Assembly (NCBI GenBank): GCA_002009975.1
Contig: MTLP01000012.1
Location: 128,001-192,000 of the forward strand
From: Thermococcus sp. JdFR-02
GTDB lineage: Archaea; Methanobacteriota_B; Thermococci; Thermococcales; Thermococcaceae
Direction of reading: 5' to 3'
DNA length: 64,000 bases
Part shown: piece by piece, positions 1 through 9,804 of the stretch
Layout: the number at the start of each line of letters is the position of its first letter
Position numbering within the stretch: position 1 is the stretch's first letter
The notes under the pieces: generated by a model
What the model saw: the letters and a program-made list of their open reading frames with translations, nothing else
Told to the model about the DNA's origin: nothing
The model's database searches: none
Position numbers and translations under genes: made by a program

Positions 1-2
1 TT

Positions 3-809
3 GGCACTAGGGCTTTTGGTGATTATAGGGAGTTGGCTGAAGAGGATTTGGATGCAGTTAGTATTGCTGTGCCGACTTCTCTTCACAGGCAAGTTGCCTT
101 AGAGTTCATTGAGCGTGGGGTTAGTGTTTTGGTTGAGAAGCCTATAGCAGAGAGCATTGAGAGTGCTGAAGAGATTATTAGTGCTGCAAAGAAGAATAAC
201 GTCATCATAATGGTCGGACACGTTGAAAGATTCAACCCTGCAGTACTAAAATTGAAGGAGACAATTAAGCAAGGAATGCTTGGTGAAATAGTCACGATGA
301 ATGCTAAAAGAGTGGGTCCAATGGTTGTAAGGATTAGGGATGTTGGAGTTATAATTGATTTGGCAGTTCATGATATTGACGTAATGAGCTTTTTATCTGA
401 TTCTAGGGTTAGAGAGATTTATGCAAAGGCAAGGAACGTTAAGCATCCTGCCAATGTTGAAGATTATGCATTGATAATGCTAACTTTTGAAAATGAGATT
501 AGTGGAATTATAGAAACCAACAGATTAACTCCACATAAAACGAGAACTTTGAATATAGTTGGCACGGAGGGTATAGCATATTTGGATTATATTAGCCAGA
601 ATTTGGTGATTTATGATGATAAGTGGGTTAAGGAGGCTAAGATTGAGAGGAGAGAACCTCTGAGGAATGAGCTTGAGCATTTTATTGAATGTGTGAGAGA
701 AGAGAGAAAGCCACTAGTTTCGGGAGAAGAAGGGCTTCACGCCTTAAAAGTCGCTGTTAAAGCCTTAGAGAGTGCATTAGAAGATAAGATAGTAAAATTA
801 GGTGAGTAA
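3..809 (+). CDS. Gfo/Idh/MocA NAD-dependent oxidoreductase (UDP-GlcNAc(A) 3-dehydrogenase-like), 5'-truncated by window edge
   Basis: Motifs [28 protein letters not shown]; frame is open back to base 3; adjacent to a nucleotide-sugar dehydrogenase. Confidence 0.85.
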   Translation, partial: GTRAFGDYRELAEEDLDAVSIAVPTSLHRQVALEFIERGVSVLVEKPIAESIESAEEIISAAKKNNVIIMVGHVERFNPAVLKLKETIKQGMLGEIVTMNAKRVGPMVVRIRDVGVIIDLAVHDIDVMSFLSDSRVREIYAKARNVKHPANVEDYALIMLTFENEISGIIETNRLTPHKTRTLNIVGTEGIAYLDYISQNLVIYDDKWVKEAKIERREPLRNELEHFIECVREERKPLVSGEEGLHALKVAVKALESALEDKIVKLGE

Positions 810-810
810 T

Positions 811-2160
811 ATGAAGCTTATTGGTTTGAGTAGGGAAGAGGTTAAGAGAGCTATTAGGAATGGTGAAGTAACTATTGCTGTTTATGGTTTGGGGAAGATG
901 GGTCTTCCCTTGGCAGCAGTTCTCGCCAATCACGGAGCAAAAGTAATCGGCGTAGACATCAACAAGAAAGTTGTTGAGATGATAAATAACGGAGAAAACC
1001 ACATTAACGAAGAACCAGGTTTATCTGAATTAGTCAAGAAAAATGTTGAAGGGGGACGATTAAAGGCTACAACTGACGGCATTTGGGCAGCAAAACAAGC
1101 TGATGTAATGATCATCATAGTCCCAACCCTAACAGACGAACGCGGCAACCTAAAACTCGACCCAGTTTACAACGTTGCCGAGAAAATCTCCCAAGGCTTA
1201 GAAAAAGGCGACATCATAATCACAGAAGCAACAATGCCCCCAGGAACAACAGAAAGCCTAACCCCAATCCTCGAAAAAAGCGGACTAAAACTCGGCGAAT
1301 TCGGCCTAGCTCACGCTCCGGAAAGAACAATGACTGGAACTGCAATTAGAGACATTACCGGGCAGTATCCTAAAATAGTTGGAGCGAGTGATAAGAAAAC
1401 CTTGGAAGCGGTAATTGGGATTTACGGGACTATTAACAAGAAGGGTGTTATCCCGGTGAGTTCAATAAAGGCAGCTGAGGCTGTAAAAGTCTTTGAGGGT
1501 GTTTACAGGGATGTGAACATTGCTTTAGCCAATGAGTTAGCCTTGTGGTGCGAGGAGCACGGCTTGGATGCTCTGGAAGTTTTTAAAGCAGCGAACACTC
1601 AACCTTATTGTCACCTGCACATGCCTGGCGCTGGTGTTGGCGGGCATTGTATTCCGATTTATCCTTGGTTTGTGATTAATTTGGCTAAAAAGACTAATCC
1701 AAGGTTAATTAAGACTGCCAGAGAGATTAATGATTCGATGCCTCATCATATTGTCGAGTTGACTATTAAAGGCTTGAATAAAGTTGGGAGATCGTTAAGA
1801 GGCAGTAATGTCCTTGTGCTTGGGCTTACGTTTAGGGGTGGTGTTAGGGAGTTTATGAGGAGTCCTGCAATTTCAATAATCAAAGAGCTCAAAGAGTGGG
1901 GTGCTAAAGTTTTTGCTTATGATCCGTTGTGTGATGAGAATGATGCTAAGCGTTTTGGTGCTGAGTGGAGGGAGGACTTCAAGGACATTGATGCAATAAT
2001 TATAGTAACTGATCATAGGGAGTTTAGGGGGTTGGATTTGGATGAGATTGCTAGACAAGTTAGGAATAGAGTCATAATCGATGGAAGAAACGTGATTGAC
2101 CCAAAAATTGCAAAAGAAAAAGGATTCATATATCTAGCAGTTGGCAGAACTAATATGTGA
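811..2160 (+). CDS. UDP-glucose/GDP-mannose dehydrogenase family (UDP-GlcNAc/UDP-ManNAc 6-dehydrogenase-like)
   Basis: Rossmann motif VYGLGKMGLP, PERT motif, catalytic GVGGHCIP, IIDGRN; GGTGA SD before ATG 811. Confidence 0.9.
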   Translation: MKLIGLSREEVKRAIRNGEVTIAVYGLGKMGLPLAAVLANHGAKVIGVDINKKVVEMINNGENHINEEPGLSELVKKNVEGGRLKATTDGIWAAKQADVMIIIVPTLTDERGNLKLDPVYNVAEKISQGLEKGDIIITEATMPPGTTESLTPILEKSGLKLGEFGLAHAPERTMTGTAIRDITGQYPKIVGASDKKTLEAVIGIYGTINKKGVIPVSSIKAAEAVKVFEGVYRDVNIALANELALWCEEHGLDALEVFKAANTQPYCHLHMPGAGVGGHCIPIYPWFVINLAKKTNPRLIKTAREINDSMPHHIVELTIKGLNKVGRSLRGSNVLVLGLTFRGGVREFMRSPAISIIKELKEWGAKVFAYDPLCDENDAKRFGAEWREDFKDIDAIIIVTDHREFRGLDLDEIARQVRNRVIIDGRNVIDPKIAKEKGFIYLAVGRTNM

Positions 2161-2220
2161 GTACTTTTCCCTTAACCTTATAAACACACTCAAACATTAA
2201 ACCTAAAGGGGTGTAATAAA

Positions 2221-3351
2221 ATGAACTTAACTTTCATCCTCATGATCATTCTTGGATTTTGGTCAGTCCTTTATCTTGCCTTTGGAAAAAAGAGTGAGGA
2301 GAAAGATGAAGGGCTGCAAATAGATTTGTTTATAGCAATGTGGAGAACCAAAAGGCTTCTTGGTTTTATTGATAGTATAGCCAATAAATATAAGCGCTTT
2401 TGGAGGGTTTATGCAACTTTGGGAATCTTTGTGGGCTATGCTGGGATGCTTTTTGTGTTTTACATGCTTATAAAATCTGCATTAATTGCTGTAAAGGCTA
2501 AGGCTCAAGTTGCTGGAGTTCAATTGGTTATTCCTGGTGTTACGATCCCTCTTTGGTATGGAATAATTGGTTTGATTGTTGTTATGTTCGTTCACGAACT
2601 TAGTCATGGGTTTGTTGCAAGGGCAGAGAATTTACCTTTAAAGTCTGTTGGGCTATTGCTTTTTGTTGTAATCCCTGGTGCCTTTGTTGAACCAGATGAG
2701 GAAAACCTAAAGAAGGCATCTTTAATAAGCCGTTTAAGAGTTTATGCCGCTGGTTCAATGGCTAATTTACTCACAGCGTTTATTGCAATGCTTTTGCTAA
2801 GCTTCGTCTTAACTCCCGTACTTCAATATTCTGGAGTAGAGGTTGCAAAGTTAGATACGGTGGGACCTGCTAAGGATTATCTCAAAGTGGGCGATGTTAT
2901 AGTTGGTATTGATGGTGAGAAAATTGCTACTATAGAAGATTTCCTTAACTTCATGAACAAAACCCATGCAGGACAGGTTATAACCCTTGAAGTCATTAGG
3001 GAAGGTAAGAGAGTACTTCTTGACGTTCCCCTTGGGGATAATCCAAATAAGCCTGGAAAAGGTTATCTTGGTGTTTATCCAACGCAAAATCTAAAGTCGA
3101 AAATAGGTTTTGACAACATTGTCCTGCCCACAGCTTTCTCTTTGTATTGGATCTACGTTTTAAACTTTGGTATTGGTTTAATGAATCTATTTCCATTAAT
3201 TCCCCTAGATGGTGGAAGAATGCTGGATGATGTGTTTAAAGAATATCTGCCGCAAAAACTTGCAAGGGCTTTAAGCTTTGCGTTTATTGGAGTTGGAGTT
3301 CTTCTTTTGGCTATAAATCTCATTCCAGCCTTAAGGAGTCTAATTGGGTGA
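2221..3351 (+). CDS. Site-2 protease (peptidase M50) with PDZ domain
   Basis: HELSH zinc motif, GAFVEP, NLFPLIPLDGG, multiple TM segments, PDZ-like GDVIVGIDG. Confidence 0.92.
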   Translation: MNLTFILMIILGFWSVLYLAFGKKSEEKDEGLQIDLFIAMWRTKRLLGFIDSIANKYKRFWRVYATLGIFVGYAGMLFVFYMLIKSALIAVKAKAQVAGVQLVIPGVTIPLWYGIIGLIVVMFVHELSHGFVARAENLPLKSVGLLLFVVIPGAFVEPDEENLKKASLISRLRVYAAGSMANLLTAFIAMLLLSFVLTPVLQYSGVEVAKLDTVGPAKDYLKVGDVIVGIDGEKIATIEDFLNFMNKTHAGQVITLEVIREGKRVLLDVPLGDNPNKPGKGYLGVYPTQNLKSKIGFDNIVLPTAFSLYWIYVLNFGIGLMNLFPLIPLDGGRMLDDVFKEYLPQKLARALSFAFIGVGVLLLAINLIPALRSLIG

Positions 3352-3355
3352 TAAA

Positions 3356-3880
3356 ATGTTGCAAATAGCAATAGCAGGTTCAAGCGATAAAAATCCCCTT
3401 CCAAAAGCAGTTAAAAAAGCTAAGGAATTTGCAAGGGAGTTAGCTAAATATAAAAATGAAATAATTCTTTTAACAGGAGGAAGAGAAGGAATAATGAAAA
3501 TCGTGAGCGAGGAATTTTCAAAAGAAGGGGGAATTGTTGTTGGGATTTTGCCAGAAAGGCAGGAGGGGAATGAATTTAACACAATAAGAATAAAAACTGG
3601 GATGGATTTTGCAGAAAGAAGTGCTATAATGATAAATTCTGCTGATGTGTTGGTTGTTCTTGGTGGGGGAATTGGAACTATGGTTGAGGCTTTAATGGCT
3701 TATGATTATGGAATTCCTTTGGTGATTTTAACGGAAACTGGATATAGAAGCGATAAACTTGAATTTCTGGCTGAAGATGGTTATTTTGATCATAAAAAAT
3801 TAGTAAGGATTTATTTTACAGAAGATCCAAAGGAAGCAGTTAATCTTGCTTTAAAACTTGCCAAAAATAGGAAGTCATGA
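3356..3880 (+). CDS. TIGR00725 / LOG-like Rossmann-fold nucleotide-binding protein
   Basis: LTGGREGIM, VVGILP, GGGIGTMVE motifs. Confidence 0.85.
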   Translation: MLQIAIAGSSDKNPLPKAVKKAKEFARELAKYKNEIILLTGGREGIMKIVSEEFSKEGGIVVGILPERQEGNEFNTIRIKTGMDFAERSAIMINSADVLVVLGGGIGTMVEALMAYDYGIPLVILTETGYRSDKLEFLAEDGYFDHKKLVRIYFTEDPKEAVNLALKLAKNRKS

Positions 3881-4612
3881 AATTCCTATGTTCCCTCCTT
3901 TTAATCTAAATCTGTAGACTTTAGGCTCAAAATTTGGTAAGGGTGATTTTCTTACGATCATTTTTTCTATGTCAGAACTTTCAGAGGATTGAAATTCTAT
4001 GATATATTGACTGTAGAGAGCAAGCCATGAGATGAACCTCTTTGAGACTCTATCTTTATTTAAGAGCAAGATGTTTAGTGGTCTCTTTCTTGTTTCAGTC
4101 ATACGTGCAGCTTCTTTTAGTGCAAGAAGTCTCTGCATTACTTTTATAACATTCCTTTCACCCAAGAGGAATGCCAAACCATCCATAGTTATGGAAACCC
4201 CAACAGGTCTCCTATCTCTTATCAGTTCATTTAACATTCTCCTATAAAGCTGAGAATATTTCGGTAAGTATGTGGAGATATCCATATCTCTCGCAGTATA
4301 TACATATGGCAACTCATATTCTAGCTGGTTAAATGACTCAAATATACCAATTATTCCTAAATCGCCTTTTTTACCTTCTTTATATACATCAAAGCCTGTG
4401 GATTTAATTTCCATCGCTAATGGTGATAATGGCAAAACTGTATTTATTATAACACCAAAGTCTCCCTCTTTAATTCTGTTCTCCAATATTTTCACGCCCA
4501 ATGACCAACCAAAGGAATAGGTATCATAGATTATCAGCATAATGCTGTCCTCTAGAAACCCACCACCTATCGCTTTGTCAAGCTTTTCAATCCCGGTAGT
4601 TAAAAGCTTCAC
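3875..4612 (-). CDS. KaiC/RAD55-like RecA-superfamily protein with degenerate P-loop
   Basis: N-terminal LTTGIEKLDKAIGGG, C-terminal MIVRKSP...FR; no canonical GxxGxGKT. Confidence 0.7.
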   Translation of the reverse strand: MKLLTTGIEKLDKAIGGGFLEDSIMLIIYDTYSFGWSLGVKILENRIKEGDFGVIINTVLPLSPLAMEIKSTGFDVYKEGKKGDLGIIGIFESFNQLEYELPYVYTARDMDISTYLPKYSQLYRRMLNELIRDRRPVGVSITMDGLAFLLGERNVIKVMQRLLALKEAARMTETRKRPLNILLLNKDRVSKRFISWLALYSQYIIEFQSSESSDIEKMIVRKSPLPNFEPKVYRFRLKGGNIGIS

Positions 4613-4750
4613 AACAACACCTCCATGTAAAGAATGTTGCGTAATTCATAAAAAAGTTTTCTGCGTTAATTTTGAATATATTGAATATTTTACAATTTGT
4701 AAACCTAAATCCTTTTAAAATTTAAATCTCTTTGAAGTTTGGGTGAGTTC

Positions 4751-5716
4751 ATGAAGTGTTCAATTTGTGGGAGGGATGCAGTTTATTATGCAAAATATGA
4801 AGGTCGCTTTTATTGTCACAAGCATTTTAACGAGTTAGTTGAGAAAAAAGTAAAGCAAACAATTAGAAAGTATCATCTAATTAAAAGAGGGGAGAAAATA
4901 GCAGTTGGTGTTAGTGGAGGAAAAGATAGTGTTGTTTTGCTCCATCTGTTGCATAAGCTAAGTAGAAAGTTTCCATTTGAGATTATAGCTATAACCATTG
5001 ACGAAGGAATTTCAGGTTATAGACCACCAAGCGTTGAAATAGCAAAGAAGAATGCAGAACTTTTGGGGATTGAGCATAGGGTTTATTCATTTAAAGAATA
5101 CATTGGCTTCACTTTAGATGAGACTGTCCAAATAATGGGTGACTTTGAGAAGGGTGAAAGGGTTGGAGCTTGTTCTTATTGTGGGGTTTGGAGAAGATGG
5201 CTCTTAAATTATGCCTCGCAAGATGTTGGTGCTGATAAATTAGCGGTTGGGCATAACTTGGATGATGAAGTCCAAATGTTTTTGATGAACATACTGAGAG
5301 GGGATGTCGCTCGTTTAGGAAGGACAGGTCCCTATTACGAGATAATCCACGAAGATTTAGTTCCAAGAATTAAGCCTTTAAGAGAGATCCCTGAAAAGGA
5401 AATCGTTCTTTACGCAATTTTAAACAACATTGAAGCTGATTTTAGTGAATGTCCCTATGCAGTTGAAGCTTTTAGAGCCGAGATTAGGGATTGGTTAAAT
5501 GAAATGGAAGAAAAGCACCCTGGAACTAAATATCAAATATTGAGGAGCTATGACAAGATGTTCCCGCTATTAGCAAAAACCTATGCAAAAAGAGACTTGG
5601 GAAGGTGCAAAATCTGCGGTCAGCCAACAACTGGGGAAATCTGTAAAGCTTGTAATTTTAAGCTTCAAGTTCATGAAAAAGCAAAAAAGTTAGGCTTAAC
5701 TTTTAGAATAGAATAA
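4751..5716 (+). CDS. tRNA 2-thiolation protein (TtuA/NcsA/Ctu1-like, TIGR00269)
   Basis: PP-loop SGGKDS, CxxC motifs (CSYCG), GHNLDD, N- and C-terminal Zn fingers. Confidence 0.9.
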   Translation: MKCSICGRDAVYYAKYEGRFYCHKHFNELVEKKVKQTIRKYHLIKRGEKIAVGVSGGKDSVVLLHLLHKLSRKFPFEIIAITIDEGISGYRPPSVEIAKKNAELLGIEHRVYSFKEYIGFTLDETVQIMGDFEKGERVGACSYCGVWRRWLLNYASQDVGADKLAVGHNLDDEVQMFLMNILRGDVARLGRTGPYYEIIHEDLVPRIKPLREIPEKEIVLYAILNNIEADFSECPYAVEAFRAEIRDWLNEMEEKHPGTKYQILRSYDKMFPLLAKTYAKRDLGRCKICGQPTTGEICKACNFKLQVHEKAKKLGLTFRIE

Positions 5717-6737
5717 ATCCCTTATCTTTAATAAATTCTCCATAAATAGGTATTTTAGTTCCACATCTTGGGCATTTCTTATCTTTCGTTAAGTTCCACT
5801 CTATAACCCTATGGTTTGCTCTAATTATCAGTGTTTTACCGCATTTGGGACAATGAGTGCTTTCATGCTTTATTGAACCAATGTTGCCAATATAAACGTA
5901 ATTTATGTTGTATTCTCTTTGTGCAATTTCCTTTAGTTCCAAAAGCTTATCCACGGAAGTAGCTTTTTCTTTCCAGCGGAACATAGGGTAATAGCGGTTT
6001 ATGTGTAGGGGAACCTCTTCACCAAGCATTTCTGAATGCTGCTTGAATATCCATTTATAGCATTCTTCAAAATCGTTAGTGTTTGTAATTACTAAGTAGA
6101 TCATTTCAACATGAGCATTTAAGTCTAGGGCTTTTCTTGCGTTCCTAAAGACTTTTTTGTGATCAATTGTCCCTAATGCTCTCTTCATTTCTGGACAACC
6201 TTTTATATCAATGCTGAATCCACTAACCCCGCTCTCTACAAGCTCTTCCAACGCTTTTAATGTGAAATAGCCGTTTGTTACCATAGTTCCATAAAGACCC
6301 TTTTCCTTTCCTAAAGAGAATACATCTAGCAGATAAGTAAATAATGTGGTTGGCTCATTGAAGCTTGCACATAAGCCTTCATCTCTATTTTTTAGGGCTA
6401 AATTGACAAGATATTCTGGAGAAATTGTGGGAATTTCTTCTTTTGGCTCTGAAAAGCTTAAATGATAATTTTGGCACCAAGGACAATAAAAGTTGCATCC
6501 AAACCCAGAGAAGGTTAAAGCTGTGCTGTTTGGATAGTAATGAAAGAGAGGCTTTATTTCAATCGGTCTGTTCTCAATTGCACTCAGCTTTCCATAACCA
6601 ATGTGAATTAGCTTTCCTTCAATGTTTGCATAGTTTTTGCACATTCCTTTCTTGCCTTCTTCAATTAAGCATCTCCTCTCACAAACTGAGCATCTAATTT
6701 TGCTATCTTTAATTTCATAAAGATTCTCTTCCATCAA
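5703..6737 (-). CDS. Radical SAM protein, AmmeMemoRadiSam/PflA-like family
   Basis: CNFYCPWC (CxxxCxxC), PIEIKPLFHYYP, N-terminal CSVCERRC, C-terminal CPKCG/CPRCG. Confidence 0.85.
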   Translation of the reverse strand: MMEENLYEIKDSKIRCSVCERRCLIEEGKKGMCKNYANIEGKLIHIGYGKLSAIENRPIEIKPLFHYYPNSTALTFSGFGCNFYCPWCQNYHLSFSEPKEEIPTISPEYLVNLALKNRDEGLCASFNEPTTLFTYLLDVFSLGKEKGLYGTMVTNGYFTLKALEELVESGVSGFSIDIKGCPEMKRALGTIDHKKVFRNARKALDLNAHVEMIYLVITNTNDFEECYKWIFKQHSEMLGEEVPLHINRYYPMFRWKEKATSVDKLLELKEIAQREYNINYVYIGNIGSIKHESTHCPKCGKTLIIRANHRVIEWNLTKDKKCPRCGTKIPIYGEFIKDKGFILF

Positions 6738-6771
6738 ACTTTCTTAGGGGACTTTTTGGCTTAAAGTTTTC

Positions 6772-6784
6772 TCTGAATTTCAGA
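6772..6784. promoter_or_regulatory. Palindrome TCTGAA-T-TTCAGA, candidate operator
   Basis: Perfect inverted repeat in the divergent intergenic region upstream of a membrane-protein/wHTH pair. Confidence 0.35.
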
Positions 6785-6836
6785 AAATCTTTTCTTTTTA
6801 AATAGCATAAGATTTTAAGTGACTATAGGTGAGAAC

Positions 6837-7448
6837 ATGGAAGAGCTTAAAGAGGTTTTGGAGAGGGTTGAAGAGAAACTTATAGCAGCTGGGAAAATAT
6901 ACTCGGCACTGCAGTTTCAAGTTTGGGTCGTCATAATGACCCTTTATTACCTAATCATTGGACCACTCAAAACAATCCCTTGGCAACTTACAGCAATCTA
7001 TTGGATACTTGCCTTTGCAGTCTTTGCCTATTTCACAAGCCTGATCTGGAAAAGACTTAGCATGCTTTATCTTGCATCTGATAAAACCCTTAAAACATCA
7101 CAAGCCTTTGGAGCTTCAATAGCGCTCTCATGGATAGTTGGCGCGATTGTTGGGTGGACCCTTATTCCTAAATACCTCCCATTTGACATTTCCCCGCAAA
7201 GCAAACTTGCAGTGGGATACTTAACTTTCATAAGTTTGGCAGTCTTTGGAATGTTTATAACTTTCATGCATTTTGCAAAAAAAGTAGAGAAGGAAATGAT
7301 CCCAGCATTTTTAGTTCCAGCATTAGCTATCCCTATAATCCCAAAGATAGCAGTAGGTACTATGGCTTATGCAGGTTTTGCGGTTGCTTTGGGCTTTGCT
7401 TTAACAGTTTTAGCCTATATTTACAATGCCTTCAAAACCCTCGGGTGA
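6837..7448 (+). CDS. Hypothetical multi-pass membrane protein
   Basis: About 6 hydrophobic segments; GGTGA SD; directly upstream of a wHTH regulator. Confidence 0.8.
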   Translation: MEELKEVLERVEEKLIAAGKIYSALQFQVWVVIMTLYYLIIGPLKTIPWQLTAIYWILAFAVFAYFTSLIWKRLSMLYLASDKTLKTSQAFGASIALSWIVGAIVGWTLIPKYLPFDISPQSKLAVGYLTFISLAVFGMFITFMHFAKKVEKEMIPAFLVPALAIPIIPKIAVGTMAYAGFAVALGFALTVLAYIYNAFKTLG

Positions 7449-7452
7449 GTAT

Positions 7453-7749
7453 ATGGAAGAACTAAAGGAGCTGGTGAAAAATCATGTGCTTGGAAATCCT
7501 ATCAGGTTAGGTATTATGATATACATTTTACCACGAAATAAAGCTCTCTTTAAGGAGCTTTTGGAGGTTTTGGATGTAACACCTGGGAATTTGGATTCCC
7601 ATCTAAAAACGCTCAGCAAAGCAGGGTATGTAGAGATTGGGAAAGTCTTTGCAGATAGACCAAGAACAATGATCAAAATCACAGATAAAGGAGCAAAAGA
7701 AACCGGTGAATACTTAAGAAAGCTGAAAAATCTGCTTTTTGAACTCTAA
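7453..7749 (+). CDS. Winged-helix transcriptional regulator (ArsR/MarR, HTH_34-like)
   Basis: NPIRLGIM...FKEL...TPGNLDSHLKTL..AGYV...ITDKG. Confidence 0.85.
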   Translation: MEELKELVKNHVLGNPIRLGIMIYILPRNKALFKELLEVLDVTPGNLDSHLKTLSKAGYVEIGKVFADRPRTMIKITDKGAKETGEYLRKLKNLLFEL

Positions 7750-9725
7750 CGCTCCTCTCTTAATTCCTTCAGCCTCTCGATTCTATACTCTTCAACTAAT
7801 CTTAGGAACTCTTTAATCTGTTTTTCTCTCTCCTCTTCCTCCCACTCTTTGAGTTTTTTATCAATGGCTTTTTCTAGCTCTTCTCTGTCAACTATTGCAA
7901 ACTCATCAACCCTCTTAACTTCAATCTCATCTTCAAAGAGAACTGCTATTTTATTAGCTTTAAAGACGTCATAAACCAAATTCGGCATTCCTTTTGCACT
8001 TATTATAGCTTTTATTCCCTTTTTGATCAAATGTTCGGCTAAACTTTTTCCTGCACCAGCAGGGTTTGAAATGTAAATGACATCATCCTTCTTTATTTGG
8101 GTTGATTTTTCAAGTTTCTCTATTTCATCCCAAGTTAAGCTTTCCAAAACTTTCAAAGGAATAGCTGTTCCTTTAAGCTCCAGAAGATGCATCCTCTTTG
8201 CTAGAACTAGGTCTTTGCTGAGCTTTTCTATGATCGACTTAGCCTCTTTAAGTTCTTTTTCAAGGTATGCTATCTTCTTATCCCTAATCTCGATTTCTTT
8301 GGTCTTTATTATCTTCCTCCTCACTTTTTCATCATAAAGCCTTAGTTTGTCCTCTAAGCGTTCAATGACTTTTCTCTGTTTGTCAATCATAGCCCTTAAC
8401 TCCTGATTCTCCCTTTCAAGCAGTTCGATAGTTTTTTCAAGCTCCTTGATTTTTTCAACGTAAGGTGTGACGTCAACACTTTCCTCTTTGATTTCAACTT
8501 TTACCTCTTCCTTTGGCTTTTCTCTCTCCTTAACTTTCATAATGGCTTCCCCGAGATTATAACCTTGGATAACAAGAGCTTTAATTTCATTGCTCTTCTT
8601 TAATAATCCTAACTCGCTAAGTTTTGCATCTACATGCTCCAGTTTTGGCTTTAACCTCAGATAAGCTTTGTAAGCAGCAGCTAAAGCATCCCTCTGATGG
8701 TCATTTTCAACATCAACACCAAGAGATTTTAAAAGTTCATTTTTCTCATCAACCCTCAAGCTCTCTCTTGGTGTAAAGAGAATTGCTTTAAATGAACGAG
8801 CCATTTTTTCAACCAACCCTGGGGCAGGGTTTACATCTGTGGCAATTATTATTGGATGTCCAATTTCACTTATAAACCTCACAATATCGCTAATTGCCAT
8901 ATTTTTTTCACTGTAAATGGCAACAACATCTCCGTTTAAGTCTAAAGCAGCAATCCCAACTGTAATTCCTGGATCCAAACCAACGATGATGCTTTTTCTC
9001 TCTTCAATAGCTTTTTCTCCCTTCAATGGAACGAATTCAAAGCTCTTCCTCTCCACGGGTTTAATTCTAATTTCAACGTCTCCACCCTTCATGGGTTTAA
9101 TTAGCCCAGCTAATTCCTCTCTCGAAGCATAAACTTTGAATTCTCCTCTTGAAAAACCAAAATCTCTCTCTTCAACTTCTAAATCAAAGGGTATGTCTGC
9201 TCTTCTAAGGGCTTCTTCAATCTCTCTAACTTTATTTTGGATTAAGTTGTGAACTCTCCTCCTATATCTATCCTGGCTCCATCCTCCTTTTCCCTGACTC
9301 CTTCCCCTTGAAACAGTAACTATGACTTCATCTTCAAATGCAACAACTTCATAGCCAACTCCTTTAGAAGCTAAAAGGGCACAAACTTTTGCCTCTTCAT
9401 AGGGATCGAATTTGTCTCCAATCCTAATTCCATTCTCCTTTGCCAAGCTCCAAAGGGATTTTTGCTCTCCCGGTCTTCCTGTGACTTGAACTAACTTAAC
9501 CCCTTGGGGCAAAGCCCTAATGAATTTCTTAAGTCCTTCATTTCCAAGCTCATAGATGTTGTCCATTGCTATTATGTCCGGCTTCTTTGCTCTAACAAAC
9601 CTGATAAGCCTGTAAAAGGTGAATTCTCCCTTTTTATCCAATTGTCCATTAAACCAACTAACCACAGCAAAGCGTTTTGGTGTTTCACTGATTATATCAA
9701 CTCCCAGTATGAGAATAGGCATCAC
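7746..9725 (-). CDS. DUF460-domain protein (RNase H-like fold plus coiled coil)
   Basis: ILGVDI, GGWSQDRYRR, IVGLDPGITVGIA, NDHQRDALAAA, long E/K coiled coil. Confidence 0.85.
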   Translation of the reverse strand: MMPILILGVDIISETPKRFAVVSWFNGQLDKKGEFTFYRLIRFVRAKKPDIIAMDNIYELGNEGLKKFIRALPQGVKLVQVTGRPGEQKSLWSLAKENGIRIGDKFDPYEEAKVCALLASKGVGYEVVAFEDEVIVTVSRGRSQGKGGWSQDRYRRRVHNLIQNKVREIEEALRRADIPFDLEVEERDFGFSRGEFKVYASREELAGLIKPMKGGDVEIRIKPVERKSFEFVPLKGEKAIEERKSIIVGLDPGITVGIAALDLNGDVVAIYSEKNMAISDIVRFISEIGHPIIIATDVNPAPGLVEKMARSFKAILFTPRESLRVDEKNELLKSLGVDVENDHQRDALAAAYKAYLRLKPKLEHVDAKLSELGLLKKSNEIKALVIQGYNLGEAIMKVKEREKPKEEVKVEIKEESVDVTPYVEKIKELEKTIELLERENQELRAMIDKQRKVIERLEDKLRLYDEKVRRKIIKTKEIEIRDKKIAYLEKELKEAKSIIEKLSKDLVLAKRMHLLELKGTAIPLKVLESLTWDEIEKLEKSTQIKKDDVIYISNPAGAGKSLAEHLIKKGIKAIISAKGMPNLVYDVFKANKIAVLFEDEIEVKRVDEFAIVDREELEKAIDKKLKEWEEEEREKQIKEFLRLVEEYRIERLKELREER

Positions 9726-9804
9726 CTTCTAAAGCACTCGCTTATTTATAAATTAAAAAGTTATGTTTTAAAAGTGTTGCTTAAAAAAGAAAAATAAGCC
9801 GAAT

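Noticed and set aside
7800-8560. Low-complexity pyrimidine-rich repetitive-looking DNA
   Set aside because: Explained by the Glu/Lys-rich coiled coil of the DUF460 gene on the minus strand
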